A stretch of 64,000 nucleotides of DNA from Candidatus Latescibacterota bacterium (lineage in GTDB: Bacteria > Latescibacterota > UBA2968): NCBI GenBank assembly GCA_965222605.1, contig OZ244960.1:2336001-2400000 (forward strand), in the 5' to 3' direction. The notes beneath the pieces are model-generated. The model was not told where the DNA came from. It made no database searches and saw nothing but the letters and a program-made list of their open reading frames with translations. Position 1 is the stretch's first letter, and every line of letters begins with the position of its first letter. This document shows positions 41,856 through 53,565 of the stretch, piece by piece. Both the position numbers and the translations under genes were made by a program.

Positions 41856-44144
41856 ATGAAACTCTGGTATGACGAACCAGCGGAAAATTGGAATCACGCC
41901 TTATCCGTAGGGGGAGGAAAACTCGGCGCCATGGTATTTGGTGGGGTGAGTAATGAACGCATACAAATGAACGAAGACTCAATCTGGGCAGGACCTCCCG
42001 TACCCAAATCACCAGCAGGCGCACAACAGGTCGTTGCACACGCGCGTCAGTTGCTCTTTGAAGGCCAATACACCAGAGCGCAGGACCTCGTGCAAGAAGG
42101 CGTCATGGGAGAACGCATTGTACCGCGCAGCTATCAACCATTGGGCGACTTATTCATCGAACAAAGTGGCGTCGATCAACACACCGATTACCGCCGCGAA
42201 CTCTCACTAAACTCTGCAATCGCCACAACGCGCTGGGTTGCAAATGGCGTCGCATTTCGTCGAGAAGTATTTGCCACCGCAATCGACCGGGCAATAATCT
42301 GTCGCATCGCATCGGACAAAGCAGGCGCGATATCCTGTCGAATATCTTTTCATCGGGAAGAAAACGCACAGTGGTCGGGCACATCTGAAAACACACTACT
42401 CATAACCGGCCGCGCGGGACACGGAGAAACCCATCCCGGCGTGAAATTCTCTGCGGGCATCAAGGCAATTGCAGCAAACGGACGCGTCCAGTGTACCAAC
42501 GGCACCCTCATCGTCGAAAATGCAGACGCAGTCACAATTATCGTCTGCGCCGACACCGACTACAACTTTGCCGATCCCTATACGCCCCTTGAACAAGACC
42601 TGAACGCCTCCGTGATGTCCATGCTCGAAACGTGTAGTGCGCGTCCATATCCCCGCGTAAAGCGCGAACACGTTCGGGATCACAGCACATACTTTGACCG
42701 ATGCGCGTTATCCCTCGGAAACGACAAATACGACAACACACCCACAGACCGCCGCCTAACCGAATTCGAACACACATCAGACCCCGCGCTTGTCGCACTC
42801 TACTTCAACTTCGGACGCTACCTCACAATCTGTTGTTCTCGCCCGGGCAGTTTGTGCGCCAATCTACAGGGCATCTGGAACCAGGAATACGAAGCCCCGT
42901 GGAACAGCGATTACCACATCAACATCAACATCCAGATGATATACTGGCTCTGTGAACTGGTCGGTTTGCCCGAATGCCATGAACCATTTTTGGAATTTGC
43001 AGACAAACTCCGCGAAACAGCGCGTCAAACAGCACAAGAAGTCTATGGCTGTCGCGGAACCGTATCGCATCACACAACAGATGCGTGGCGATTCACCGAT
43101 CCATTGGGAAAGGTGCAATACGGCATGTGGCCGATGGGCTGCGGATGGAACAGCAGGCACTTTGTGGAACATTGGGAATTCAACGGCGCAGAAACATTTC
43201 TGCGCGACTCAGCCTGGCCAGTAGTGCGGGATGCAGCCCTGTTTTACCTCGACTGGTTGGCAGAAGACCCAAAAACCGGCAAACTCGTATCCGGTCCCTC
43301 ATCTTCACCAGAAAACCGCTTCCTCGCGCTGGGCACAGAGGAAGTATGCAACCTCGTAATGGGACCGAGCATGGACCAGCAGATCATCTGGGAAACATTT
43401 ACAAATTGCCTGCGCTGCGCCGAGATCCTGCACCTCGACGACCCCATTATCGACGACATAAAAAGCGCATTATCCCGCCTCTCGGAACCACAAATCGGTA
43501 CTGATGGACGTCTGATGGAATGGACGGAAGAATTTGGTGAACCAGACCCGGGGCACCGGCATATCTCACATATCTACGGCTTGTACCCCGGCTTCCAACT
43601 CGACAATCAGCCCGATTTCTTGGCCGCCGCGCGCAAAAGCATCGAACATCGCCTCGCGCATGGCGGCGGACACACGGGCTGGAGCAGGGCATGGCTCATC
43701 AATGTGTGGGCGCGCTTGAAAGACGCGGATCGCGCCTGGGAAGACGTGCGGCAACTGCTGATACGCTCGACACTACCCAATCTATTCGACAACCATCCCC
43801 CGTTTCAGATGGACGGCAACATGGGCGGCGCCGCAGGCATTGTGGAAATGGTATTGCAAAGCCATCACAACGCAGTCGAACTATTCCCCGCACTGCCAGA
43901 CGCCTGGACAGAAGGCAATGCAAAAGGACTGAGGGCAAGGGGTGGATTTATTGTAGATTTACAATGGGAAAACGGAGAAAAAACCGCGCACATAACTTCC
44001 CTATTGGGCAATCCCATCCGCATGCGATACAATGGATCTATGCGCGCTGTCAATAATGACCGGGCGGTCATTGCAGAAGGCCGGGGTGAAATCGCGTTCC
44101 AAACCGAAAAAGAAAAAAGCTACCATATAGTCATCTCCCAATAA
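41856..44144 (+). CDS. GH95 alpha-L-fucosidase
   Basis: Start re-called ([14 protein letters not shown]); [45 protein letters not shown]. Confidence 0.93.
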   Translation: MKLWYDEPAENWNHALSVGGGKLGAMVFGGVSNERIQMNEDSIWAGPPVPKSPAGAQQVVAHARQLLFEGQYTRAQDLVQEGVMGERIVPRSYQPLGDLFIEQSGVDQHTDYRRELSLNSAIATTRWVANGVAFRREVFATAIDRAIICRIASDKAGAISCRISFHREENAQWSGTSENTLLITGRAGHGETHPGVKFSAGIKAIAANGRVQCTNGTLIVENADAVTIIVCADTDYNFADPYTPLEQDLNASVMSMLETCSARPYPRVKREHVRDHSTYFDRCALSLGNDKYDNTPTDRRLTEFEHTSDPALVALYFNFGRYLTICCSRPGSLCANLQGIWNQEYEAPWNSDYHININIQMIYWLCELVGLPECHEPFLEFADKLRETARQTAQEVYGCRGTVSHHTTDAWRFTDPLGKVQYGMWPMGCGWNSRHFVEHWEFNGAETFLRDSAWPVVRDAALFYLDWLAEDPKTGKLVSGPSSSPENRFLALGTEEVCNLVMGPSMDQQIIWETFTNCLRCAEILHLDDPIIDDIKSALSRLSEPQIGTDGRLMEWTEEFGEPDPGHRHISHIYGLYPGFQLDNQPDFLAAARKSIEHRLAHGGGHTGWSRAWLINVWARLKDADRAWEDVRQLLIRSTLPNLFDNHPPFQMDGNMGGAAGIVEMVLQSHHNAVELFPALPDAWTEGNAKGLRARGGFIVDLQWENGEKTAHITSLLGNPIRMRYNGSMRAVNNDRAVIAEGRGEIAFQTEKEKSYHIVISQ

Positions 44145-44892
44145 TTAACCCATCGGGATCGACCTCATCCCGCAAAATGCACAACTCCTCTTCCGCAGGC
44201 GGCACAGTCTCTTCGACATCAGCCACCTGACCCAATTCAAACCCGGTATTTCTCTGCACCTCATCAAACGTCACGCCGGGATGCAAACTCTTGACCTGCA
44301 TGCGACAAGTATCTTCATCAAAACTCATCACACCCAGATCCGTAATCACGCGATAAGGTCCCCCACCCTGGGGCAACCCCGCAGCCTCGCGCGCACCCGG
44401 CCCGGACAGAAAACCGGGCGTCGTCAAAAAATCGACCTCTTCCACAAAACGACGGCGATCGTGCAGTGTAATAACCAGCGTGCGCCAGCAAAAACTCGCA
44501 AAATCATTGGCACCCCCGCTACCTGGAAAACGCACGCGAGGTTTTTTGTAATCACCAATAACCGTAGAATTTAAATTCCCATACGCATCAATCTGAGCAC
44601 CCCCCAAAAACGCGTAATCCATCACACCCCGCTGACATGCTTCCATAATATCACACATACTCGTCGCCATAAGCGCCCGATGTGTCGTGCGCGAATCGCC
44701 CACAGAAATAGGCATCGCGGGCAAAACCGGCGCCAAACCACCCGCTTCAAAAGCCACCAAAAGCCCCGGCGCATGCGTCTTTTGCGCCAGCATCGCCGCT
44801 GCACACGGCGCCCCCGTACCCACCCCAACGGTCGCCCCATCTTCCAGCAACCGGGACGCCACACAAATCATCAGTTCCATTGCATTGTACAT
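44131..44892 (-). CDS. Family I CoA-transferase beta subunit (GctB/PcaJ-like)
   Basis: [28 protein letters not shown]. Confidence 0.9.
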   Translation of the reverse strand: MYNAMELMICVASRLLEDGATVGVGTGAPCAAAMLAQKTHAPGLLVAFEAGGLAPVLPAMPISVGDSRTTHRALMATSMCDIMEACQRGVMDYAFLGGAQIDAYGNLNSTVIGDYKKPRVRFPGSGGANDFASFCWRTLVITLHDRRRFVEEVDFLTTPGFLSGPGAREAAGLPQGGGPYRVITDLGVMSFDEDTCRMQVKSLHPGVTFDEVQRNTGFELGQVADVEETVPPAEEELCILRDEVDPDGLIIGR

Positions 44893-44894
44893 AG

Positions 44895-45890
44895 TTATCG
44901 CCCTTCCTCTCTCCGCAACTCCGCCAGCCGCTCTTCGCCACCGCAAATATCCAGATAACTCTCGAAACAATCGACACCATACAAATACTTATCCAGAAAT
45001 GCGCGATATGCCTCCGCATCTTGCTCTGCGTCCAACCACGCTTTGAGATGCACCTCATCGGAAAAATACTCCCCAGCCATATTGCCAGGATAAGATCCAT
45101 AAGGCACATGACACACCGCATCAACACAAAAAGCGGGAATCGCGGTCGCATTTGGATCGCTGCGAATCTCATCTGTACTTACAATGCGCTCGGCACTCAC
45201 AATCACATGTTTGGATGCGCGCGCCAAATCCCAATCAGCCACCGTAATGCCCCGAATGCGACAATTGCCGTACAAATCACTCTCATGCACATGAATAAGC
45301 GCCACATCGGGATACAGAGCGGGCACAGCCGTCAGCGGCTTGCCAGTAAAAGGACACTCGATCTCCTTAGCCGCACTCTCTCTAAACGTATCCGTCCCCA
45401 ACATACTGCGAATAGGCATAAAAGGCACGCCCGTCGCCGCCGCCCGAAACCGACATGCCAGCGCGTAATTTGTCCACTCACACACCTCGACCTCTCCGCT
45501 CTCCATCAATCGCCGCGCCTGTGCCGACAACCCGCGCGCTTCCAACCCTATAATATAAGCCGCATCCAACCGCGAAAAAATCCGCTCTCCCCCGCGCGTA
45601 CCCGCTGCCAAAATCTGAAAATCGTGCGTCGTCGTATGCCCGGCAAACCCCAGATCCGTTCGCTCCTGCCGCACAATCTCGTGCAAAAAAGCCGTCGCAA
45701 TCCTGTTCCCACCAAACCCGCCAGAAGCCACATAATCGCCGTCATGCACAAACTCGGCAACAGCATCAGACACAGACATCAGCTTATCTGTCAACGCGCC
45801 CTTCTTCTCTCGAAAAAACGCCCGTGCAACATCTGGATCGGGATCTGTAAACAGCGGCCCACGACCTGTATTTTCAGAACCCGTCATCAT
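44895..45890 (-). CDS. Family I CoA-transferase alpha subunit (GctA-like)
   Basis: VHDGD, AAATGVPFMP, PDVALIHV, PYGSYP. Confidence 0.9.
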   Translation of the reverse strand: MMTGSENTGRGPLFTDPDPDVARAFFREKKGALTDKLMSVSDAVAEFVHDGDYVASGGFGGNRIATAFLHEIVRQERTDLGFAGHTTTHDFQILAAGTRGGERIFSRLDAAYIIGLEARGLSAQARRLMESGEVEVCEWTNYALACRFRAAATGVPFMPIRSMLGTDTFRESAAKEIECPFTGKPLTAVPALYPDVALIHVHESDLYGNCRIRGITVADWDLARASKHVIVSAERIVSTDEIRSDPNATAIPAFCVDAVCHVPYGSYPGNMAGEYFSDEVHLKAWLDAEQDAEAYRAFLDKYLYGVDCFESYLDICGGEERLAELRREEGR

Positions 45891-45900
45891 CGTTCGCTCC

Positions 45901-46671
45901 TCACAACGCCGTCCAACCGCCATCCACCAGCAGCGTATGTCCCGTAATAAGATCCGCAGCCGGACTGGCTAAAAACACCACCGCACCCACCACATCTTCG
46001 GGCTGTCCTACGCGCCCCAGAGGAATGCGAGAAAGCAAATCCTCGCGCAACTCCGCATTATCAAACGTCGATTGTGTCAACGGCGTCAAAATAAACGTCG
46101 GCCCCACGGCATTAACCGTAATCCGATAGGGCGCCCACTCCACAGCCAACACGCGCGTCAGATTCACCACACCGGCCTTACTCGAACAATAAGCCGCGCG
46201 TTTGTAATAACCCACCACCCCATTTTGCGACGCAATATTCACAATTTTGCCACCACCCGTCTCAATCATCGACCGCGCCACGCGCTGCGACATAAAAAAC
46301 AACCCCTTCAAATTCACATCCAGCACCCTATCCCAATCCGCCTCTGTCACCTCGAGCGCGTCCCTGGGAATATTCACACCCGCATTATTCACCAGAATAT
46401 CAACCCGACCATAAGTATCGATAACCCGGCTCACCGCCGCATCAATACTCTCTTGATCCGGCAGTTGCAATCCCAATGGCAATGCCCGTTGCTCCAAATC
46501 TTCAATCCCTTCACAAACCTCATCCAACGCACCCATCTTCTGCGGCACCTCACACACCGCCACATCCGCACCCACCTCAGCCACAGATAGTGCAATCGCC
46601 CGCCCAATGCCCGAACCCGCTCCCGTCACCAGCACCACCTTATCATCCAATCGCATACTGGGCAAAACCAT
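45901..46671 (-). CDS. Short-chain dehydrogenase/reductase
   Basis: TGAGSGIG, NNAG, YCSSK, VDGGW. Confidence 0.93.
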   Translation of the reverse strand: MVLPSMRLDDKVVLVTGAGSGIGRAIALSVAEVGADVAVCEVPQKMGALDEVCEGIEDLEQRALPLGLQLPDQESIDAAVSRVIDTYGRVDILVNNAGVNIPRDALEVTEADWDRVLDVNLKGLFFMSQRVARSMIETGGGKIVNIASQNGVVGYYKRAAYCSSKAGVVNLTRVLAVEWAPYRITVNAVGPTFILTPLTQSTFDNAELREDLLSRIPLGRVGQPEDVVGAVVFLASPAADLITGHTLLVDGGWTAL

Positions 46672-49595
46672 TACGCCCTCTCCTTTTCCGAACCATAAAA
46701 AATGTCATTCTCCGTATGTCGGCAAGAATTATCATCATCACCGCGAAAATTCCTACACCCCAAAAATGCGCCATAGCGCCCCTTGCGCTGAACCATATCC
46801 GCGCCACATTTTGGGCAAATGGGCATCCATGAATCACAATCAGGATCCAGACATAATTTGAAGCGACCCATGCGCTGCATCGGATTGCCACACGCTTGAC
46901 ATCCACTCTCAGTATGATTGCACAACGGATAATTACTACAACCGTAAAACGGCTTTCCCTGCACGGCAACAAGCGTACCAGTCTTGCACTTCACACAGCG
47001 AATACGCTCAAAAGACGCCTGCTCCAAACTGGTCTCAAACTCGTCCAGAGCCAACGGATATTTATTCTTCAACAACTCGATCAAAAACTCAGAAGCATTC
47101 GTCATATCCCCAATCAAATACACGCGCTGTTTGGCGCGAGTCAGCGCGACATAAAACAAACGGCGCTCCTCCGAATATAGAAAAGGATCTAACGCGGGCA
47201 ATAACGCTTCCAGCAAGGAATGAGAAGTCTTCTGCGAAGGAAAACCGTATTGACCGCGTTCAAGACCCAACACCACCACATAATCCGCCTCCAAACCCTT
47301 CGCGCCGTGAACCGTATTGCACTCAATAGACAAAGTGGGAAATCGCTTTCTCAACATCATCATCTGCGTGCTATTGGGCAAGTTAAAACGAAACCTGCCC
47401 AACAAATAAACCGCACTGCCTTCTTCCGCCCGCGCAGCGACATGTGCCAGCACGCTATCCAGCCGCCCATCAAAATCCGCCTCGTCCGAAGAGCGATGCT
47501 TCTTCTCACGCAACAAAGAAACCGCGGAATGATTTACCATCGCGTGTGTGGTCAACGACTTTTTAACCTGCGCCGGATTTTCAAGCACAAACCGGGAGGC
47601 AACATCACAAATACTATTATTAAACCGAAAAGTCTTATCCAGGACCGTAATTTTAGTAGCCCCAAAATTCGCCTCAAATTCCGTAGTGAACCGAATATCA
47701 CTGCCCGTAAAGCGATAAATCGACTGCCAATCGTCGCCCACACAAAACAGAGAACACGCATCAACAGATTTTCTCAGCGCCTTAACCAGCCGCGCACGCG
47801 GCTCGGATATATCCTGAAATTCATCCACCAGAATATATCGCCACGGCGAAACAAAGCGACCACTTTGCACATACTCGATTGCCCTACCGATCATATCTTC
47901 AAAATCGATATGCTGGTTTTCTTTCAAGAACGCTTCATATTTCTCATAAATCGGCACCACAATTTTCAAAGCCTGCTGCTGAACCAGACTCAAATGATCG
48001 CCCTGAACAATTTCTCTCCACGGTTGATCTGGACGAGGCAAATTGCTCTTGTACCGCCTTAACAAATCCGCGAGCAACGGTGTCAAATCACTAATCGCAC
48101 CAAATTCCCTCAGCGTATCCAGCATCTCCTCCGGAGGTTTTGGATCAAAAACCACCCCAGCCTCTGTTAATTTTTTATCCAGGCCCGTCAGCAAGCGGCC
48201 TTCGGAATATTCGTAGTAATAGGTCTCTATCAAGCGCGTCCCGTACTTCTCGTGTTCTCCGCGCTTCCATTCCATCCCCTTGTGATACTTCGTCTTATCC
48301 ACAAAAGGTGCCGTATTGCCATCGCGGTCTATACCCAAATGCTCCAGATAAATACCGTAATCCGAAAGATAAAAATCGGGTTTGTATTGCCGATAATCCG
48401 GCCCGCTCGTCACATGCTCATAATCCGCTTCGTACTGATATGCCACACCCAGCTTAAACAGATGATTGGCGATCCACAACTCGCCCAGACTCCTTACCAT
48501 CTCCCCCTTCAGCGTGCGAATCTCATTCGCAGAAATATATTCAAAGTACTCGCCCTGGGTTTTAAAATCAAAGGAATTGACCTCTTGGTACCTGTAATAA
48601 CTCAGATAATCCAGAACCCATTGTCTATAGGTCGGGATCGCGAGCAACGTCTCAAACCACTGATCCACATGCTTTTCCAACAACGCGCCATCTGTTGCCA
48701 AAGGTGAGATCGAAGGCTGCACCTTTTCGACCGAAGCAATAATATCTTTCCCCAACTTGTGGAACGTACTCGCAACAACACCTTTTTCCTCCACGCGCTC
48801 ATCCAGCCGCTCCTGCATTTCTCGTGCCGCCTTATTCGCAAAAGCTAGCATGAGAATCTGCTCGGGCTGTGCCTGCCCGCTCTTAACCAAAAAACCCGCG
48901 CGCCCCACCATTGCACTCGTCTTGCCAGTACCCGCACCGGCCAGCACCAGATTATTGTCTTCGTCTATCACACAGGCATCGCGCTGGCTCTCGCTCAGCG
49001 GATTGCTCTCCACCTGATCAAAATAGGTTGAAAACTGTTCTTTGAGGCGATTCACATATTGCGCGCGAAAATCTTCCACCTGTTGATCGCTCCAATATGC
49101 CATCTCCTGCACCAGTGTAAAATCAGCATAGCGATTGCGATCCAGAGAACCCACCACCGGCACCTTGCGAAACCGATTGAGCGTTTCCATCGCCAGTGCC
49201 CTGATCTTCAGCCAGCGGGAACGCCTCAAATAGCCCTCATCCAGCAACTTATTAATCTCCTCGGCACACCGCCGCACCGCTGCTTCAAATTTTTGATCCT
49301 CCTGCAACCAACACCAATAATCCTGCAACCAGACGAAAAACCCCTCCACCTCTGCTTTGTGCAACCCCGGCAACCGCTGCTCTCCGCAATCCGTCGGCAA
49401 CACCAGCTCAAAAAACAGCCTCCCGCGATGTAACACATTTTCTCGCGTCACATCTTCAGTGCATACAGCAAAGCGTTTACCCCCGGCCCTCTCCAAAATC
49501 AGACCATCAGATGAAATTAAAAGAACCGCCTTCCTCGCGCCCAAAAGACGCATCATCCAATGCGGGGTAATGCTTTTGTTTTCAAGTATATCCAT
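46671..49595 (-). CDS. helD: UvrD-family DNA helicase IV-like protein with C-terminal topoisomerase-type Zn ribbons
   Basis: AGAGTGKT, VDEFQD, VGDDWQSIYRF, TVHGAKGLE, EERRLFYVALTRA; GRYGAFLGC. Confidence 0.85.
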   Translation of the reverse strand: MDILENKSITPHWMMRLLGARKAVLLISSDGLILERAGGKRFAVCTEDVTRENVLHRGRLFFELVLPTDCGEQRLPGLHKAEVEGFFVWLQDYWCWLQEDQKFEAAVRRCAEEINKLLDEGYLRRSRWLKIRALAMETLNRFRKVPVVGSLDRNRYADFTLVQEMAYWSDQQVEDFRAQYVNRLKEQFSTYFDQVESNPLSESQRDACVIDEDNNLVLAGAGTGKTSAMVGRAGFLVKSGQAQPEQILMLAFANKAAREMQERLDERVEEKGVVASTFHKLGKDIIASVEKVQPSISPLATDGALLEKHVDQWFETLLAIPTYRQWVLDYLSYYRYQEVNSFDFKTQGEYFEYISANEIRTLKGEMVRSLGELWIANHLFKLGVAYQYEADYEHVTSGPDYRQYKPDFYLSDYGIYLEHLGIDRDGNTAPFVDKTKYHKGMEWKRGEHEKYGTRLIETYYYEYSEGRLLTGLDKKLTEAGVVFDPKPPEEMLDTLREFGAISDLTPLLADLLRRYKSNLPRPDQPWREIVQGDHLSLVQQQALKIVVPIYEKYEAFLKENQHIDFEDMIGRAIEYVQSGRFVSPWRYILVDEFQDISEPRARLVKALRKSVDACSLFCVGDDWQSIYRFTGSDIRFTTEFEANFGATKITVLDKTFRFNNSICDVASRFVLENPAQVKKSLTTHAMVNHSAVSLLREKKHRSSDEADFDGRLDSVLAHVAARAEEGSAVYLLGRFRFNLPNSTQMMMLRKRFPTLSIECNTVHGAKGLEADYVVVLGLERGQYGFPSQKTSHSLLEALLPALDPFLYSEERRLFYVALTRAKQRVYLIGDMTNASEFLIELLKNKYPLALDEFETSLEQASFERIRCVKCKTGTLVAVQGKPFYGCSNYPLCNHTESGCQACGNPMQRMGRFKLCLDPDCDSWMPICPKCGADMVQRKGRYGAFLGCRNFRGDDDNSCRHTENDIFYGSEKERA

Positions 49596-49678
49596 TCATC
49601 GTGGTCTCAAAAGAAAAAGCCTCCTTACTCAGGAGACTTTTCAGAAAATAAATTTGGCACAATAACGGCAGCACCCTT

Positions 49679-50486
49679 CTGGACCGCGGCTTTAATCATG
49701 CCGCGATGACGGGTGCTTTTAACTTCACACTTCTCACTTCAATCGTCTATCTCATCAAACCCATTCACAACCCGGCTGATCAACCCGTATTCCACAGCCT
49801 CATAAGGACTCATCCAATAATCTCGATCCGTATCTTCCTCCACCTTTTCAAGCGGCTGACCGGTCTCATCGGCATACATCTCGTTAATTTTCTTCTTAAT
49901 CTTCACAACTTCCTCAGCCGTACGCCGCACATCTTCCGCCACCCCCTGAAACCGCATCGAAGGCTGATGAATCATAATACGCGAATTGGGCAAAGCCAGC
50001 CGATCTTCCTTATCTGCAGCCAGCATAATCACCGTCGCAGCACTCGCCGACAAGCCCGCGCTGATTATCTTTACCCTGGGTCGGATAAACCGAATCATAT
50101 CGTAAATCGCAAACCCATCGTACACACTACCGCCGGGCGAATTGATAAAAATTTTAATCGGCTTTTCCGAATCTTGATGATCCAAAAACAGCAACTGAGC
50201 TGTAATCTTAGCCGTCAATTTGTGATCCACGGAATCGGAAATTAAAATCGTACGCGCATCAATCAACCCCTTGGTCAAAATACCGTTCTTAGACGCCTCG
50301 TCTTCCTCTTTTTCCTCATCTTCGAGAATCAAATCGTCCTCACAAATCATCCAGTCCTCCAAAAAATAAAACAATTACAAATGAAGAATTAAAAGCAACC
50401 CCCATCCTGGACGCCTGCTTAAGCCATGCAGGCGTGACGACAGGAATGGCGATTGTCATCGCGGCATGATGTTGAACCGCAACCCA
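49679..50486. repeat. GTCATC-type palindromic repeats flanking clpP (49679-49710, 50407-50438, 50455-50486; also 63206-63238)
   Basis: Core atcatgccgcgatgac or its complement in three copies; 50407-50438 is more diverged; each forms a hairpin. Confidence 0.65.
49739..50350 (-). CDS. clpP: ATP-dependent Clp protease proteolytic subunit
   Basis: INSPGGSV, GLSASAA, IMIHQP, DRDYWM. Confidence 0.95.
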   Translation of the reverse strand: MICEDDLILEDEEKEEDEASKNGILTKGLIDARTILISDSVDHKLTAKITAQLLFLDHQDSEKPIKIFINSPGGSVYDGFAIYDMIRFIRPRVKIISAGLSASAATVIMLAADKEDRLALPNSRIMIHQPSMRFQGVAEDVRRTAEEVVKIKKKINEMYADETGQPLEKVEEDTDRDYWMSPYEAVEYGLISRVVNGFDEIDD

Positions 50487-50525
50487 ATTTATCCCATATC
50501 CCCATTTGAGTCAAGAGGCTTGCCG

Positions 50526-53500
50526 TTAATTTTTCTTCATACCTCTATCCGCCCTCACCAACTTCACCTCCACACTCTTGCTGTCCTGACACATAAACGC
50601 CACAACTGTCTGATCCGACTGAACCTTTGCATCCACCAGATCATACATGTCATCCAAACGCCATGTTCCCCGCACCGTCACCTCTACCTTCCGCGGCATA
50701 CTCGGCTGATTGACAATCAGCGAACCATCCTGACGGTGCGGCGTCTGGATCTCCCAGTTCCACCCAAAATCCGGATCAGCCACCGAAAGCAATAACCCAT
50801 CCTCCACCTCTCGAACCATCACCAAACTCGGCAAAGACACAGACACAATAGGTCCATCCGTCAGCCTTGCATCCGCATCGAACAGCGCGTAGCCCGTCGC
50901 CTTCAACCCCCGATGATATACGATATGTGCCTCGTGATCTTGTTGCCAGACATCATACTCGGGCGCATTGGCAAACGCGCGCACTCTATCCGGCGACCTC
51001 TGAACCAGCACCGCATAGTGATATGACGCACCTTGAGGCGAGCTCCCGTGATCCAGATACGCCAATTCAAAAGCTCCTGTACCCCCACTATCTCTACCAT
51101 AATCTTTGGAAACTTGCACCTCGCGCTGCACCCGCAGACCCTCTCCATCGGGAATCACATACCCATTGCCCAACGAATCCATCAACCATGCGGCTTGACC
51201 TGTTGTTCCCGCAAACGCATAAGGAACCGCCAACACACTTTCCCCATTCACCCCCGTAGAACGGTCTTGGGATATAAACGCCTGAAACAACGGCGTCACC
51301 GTCGCATGCTCACCATCATCGTTCTCAATACCCGATCCCAGACAAATTAGCACATCGCCAAAGCAGAACACCGTTTTAACCGCGCGAAAACTCGTATTGT
51401 GTTCTGTATCGTGCAACTTCAGTGCAAACACACCATCTTGCCCTTTCAGATTCACCCCACCCACAAAAGTCTCATCCGAAAAATTGCGATCGCGCCCCTC
51501 GTGTTTGAGCTGCTCATGACTCAGGCGAATCGCCGTCGTACCGGGCCACATGCTCCAATCCCACCCATCCCGAACAATCCCACTCGCCTCGCGGCCAACC
51601 GGATCCCCACTCGCATAAATCAGCATCGAACCATAGCTCAAATAACGACCAAGCGGATTATTCCTACCCGACGACTCAAAATCCCATACATATTTACTCC
51701 ACCCCTTCATACTCACCATCCACTCCCCGCGCCGATGAATAGACAACGCGCCATAAGGCAATGTCCAATGCCCAGATGGCGGCGCATCTGATGCATGGCC
51801 CGCACTCGCAAAATCCGTCATCATCTGCATCGCACCCGGCGTATGCAAATACATCAGCCGCACCGATACCCGCTCAAATAAATCTTCTATCAGCAACTGC
51901 GACTTCGGCTTCCAAAGCTGCATAAACGCACCAGATAATTCTGCATCCACCGGAGCATAACTCAAAGCCACATACATACACGCCGGCAACAATTTGGTAG
52001 CCACCGCAGTATTCCGCGGAAAACGACCATTAACAGCCATTGAAATATCATACGTATTCGCCATCACCCTGGACGTCAACAGCGCCCGCTTCAAATTATC
52101 ACGCTTATCATCCGCAACTGCAAAAGGCGTATCGTGCAACAAATACACCAGAACTGAAGCCACGTGAAAAGCATTTGGCGCATACCCACTGGCATAAATA
52201 CCCCGATGGTGGAACCCCAAAAAATCCGGCTTAATCGTATCCAACCACCCGGGCGCAATAGATAGCGCATTATTCAACCATGCCACATAGCGATGCATAT
52301 CTGCCACTTTCTCTGGCGTATCGTCCATCATCAAAATGCACAACAATCGATACATCGCCACCGAACGCAAAAAATCTGCATTCGCGCCCGGCATTGGAGG
52401 ATCCTCATACAACTCGCCAAACATGCTGTACCATTTCAAACTCGCCAATTCCCGCGCCAACACACCTCTGCTCTGCAAAATATCCCGCATCAAATACACC
52501 GCATGGGCATAGCCTGCAACCCGCAAAAACTCGTGATGCATCGCACCAACACCACTGCCATCTGCCCATCCCTGATCGTGCAAATAATCGAAAACATCTA
52601 TCACCCGGTCTCTGGCCTCCTCATTGCCATTCAACCGATAATCCAGCACCAGACGCAACAAAACCCCCTGGAAAACACTCTGAAAAAGGGGCGTATAGGG
52701 CGATAGCTCGGCAAACAGGGGCTTCCCCAAAATGCGGTCATCCTCGCGCCGAATCTTGTAATCTGCCAGATTGCGATGCCCGCGCTTGATATAATCTATA
52801 AGCGCATCGTGCCGAATCCTAACAGGCTCCCGCTGGTCATCCTTCACCCCATCACCCAGAACCCATGCCTCATATCGCTGGACAATCGTCTCAAAAGCCT
52901 CGCGTTCTTCATCGGTCATCTCCGCAGGAAGTGGCTCCGGCAGCCTGTTCAGACTCCATCGATATTCGCGGCTCCTATCCGCTCTCTTCGCATTGACAAA
53001 TGGAATCTGCGCATCGGGAGAACGCCTGGGGTGAATCCTCTCCACCAATTCCATCAGATCCAGATAAACAGTCCCGCTATTCGGCGCACGGATATCAAAC
53101 GCCGTCACCTGCCCATTTCTCGCCCCCTTATAAGACCTATTCCGCGCATCGTCTCGCAAATTGATCCACATCGCCCGCCAGCCCGTAAAACTCAAGCCAA
53201 ACTCAAACTGATAACGCGGATTATTTGCCCCCAATTCTGATTCTGTGCCAAACCCAAACGTCAGCACCTCATCGAGGGCCTCCTCGTTGTACACCCACGC
53301 CCGAAAACCGTTCAGCGCCTTATTGCGTCCCGGCGCGGGGTCCGTGAATAAAAGCCGCCCATTATTCTGCCAGGTCCACTTTAGAGATTGCTGCCCTGCC
53401 TTATAACGTCTCGTCGAAAGCGAAACCTCGCTACCTGCATCTACCTCATAGCTCTCGCCCATCGCCTCAAAATCATAGCGCCAGGGCATATCCTGTGCCA

Positions 53501-53546
53501 TCGCCGCACTGGCCAGGCCAACTGCAAAAATAACAATCCACTTCAT
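50526..53546 (-). CDS. PL8 chondroitin ABC lyase-like polysaccharide lyase
   Basis: Start re-called at signal peptide MKWIVIFAV; FTGWRAMW, DQGWADGS, IKPDFLGFHH, GRYLSYGS, GWDWSMWPGTT. Confidence 0.88.
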   Translation of the reverse strand: MKWIVIFAVGLASAAMAQDMPWRYDFEAMGESYEVDAGSEVSLSTRRYKAGQQSLKWTWQNNGRLLFTDPAPGRNKALNGFRAWVYNEEALDEVLTFGFGTESELGANNPRYQFEFGLSFTGWRAMWINLRDDARNRSYKGARNGQVTAFDIRAPNSGTVYLDLMELVERIHPRRSPDAQIPFVNAKRADRSREYRWSLNRLPEPLPAEMTDEEREAFETIVQRYEAWVLGDGVKDDQREPVRIRHDALIDYIKRGHRNLADYKIRREDDRILGKPLFAELSPYTPLFQSVFQGVLLRLVLDYRLNGNEEARDRVIDVFDYLHDQGWADGSGVGAMHHEFLRVAGYAHAVYLMRDILQSRGVLARELASLKWYSMFGELYEDPPMPGANADFLRSVAMYRLLCILMMDDTPEKVADMHRYVAWLNNALSIAPGWLDTIKPDFLGFHHRGIYASGYAPNAFHVASVLVYLLHDTPFAVADDKRDNLKRALLTSRVMANTYDISMAVNGRFPRNTAVATKLLPACMYVALSYAPVDAELSGAFMQLWKPKSQLLIEDLFERVSVRLMYLHTPGAMQMMTDFASAGHASDAPPSGHWTLPYGALSIHRRGEWMVSMKGWSKYVWDFESSGRNNPLGRYLSYGSMLIYASGDPVGREASGIVRDGWDWSMWPGTTAIRLSHEQLKHEGRDRNFSDETFVGGVNLKGQDGVFALKLHDTEHNTSFRAVKTVFCFGDVLICLGSGIENDDGEHATVTPLFQAFISQDRSTGVNGESVLAVPYAFAGTTGQAAWLMDSLGNGYVIPDGEGLRVQREVQVSKDYGRDSGGTGAFELAYLDHGSSPQGASYHYAVLVQRSPDRVRAFANAPEYDVWQQDHEAHIVYHRGLKATGYALFDADARLTDGPIVSVSLPSLVMVREVEDGLLLSVADPDFGWNWEIQTPHRQDGSLIVNQPSMPRKVEVTVRGTWRLDDMYDLVDAKVQSDQTVVAFMCQDSKSVEVKLVRADRGMKKN

Positions 53547-53565
53547 ACGCACACCCCTCTGAATC

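Noticed and set aside
49660-49720. Hairpin considered as a tRNA or riboswitch
   Set aside because: No cloverleaf or T-loop; matches the dispersed GTCATC repeat family
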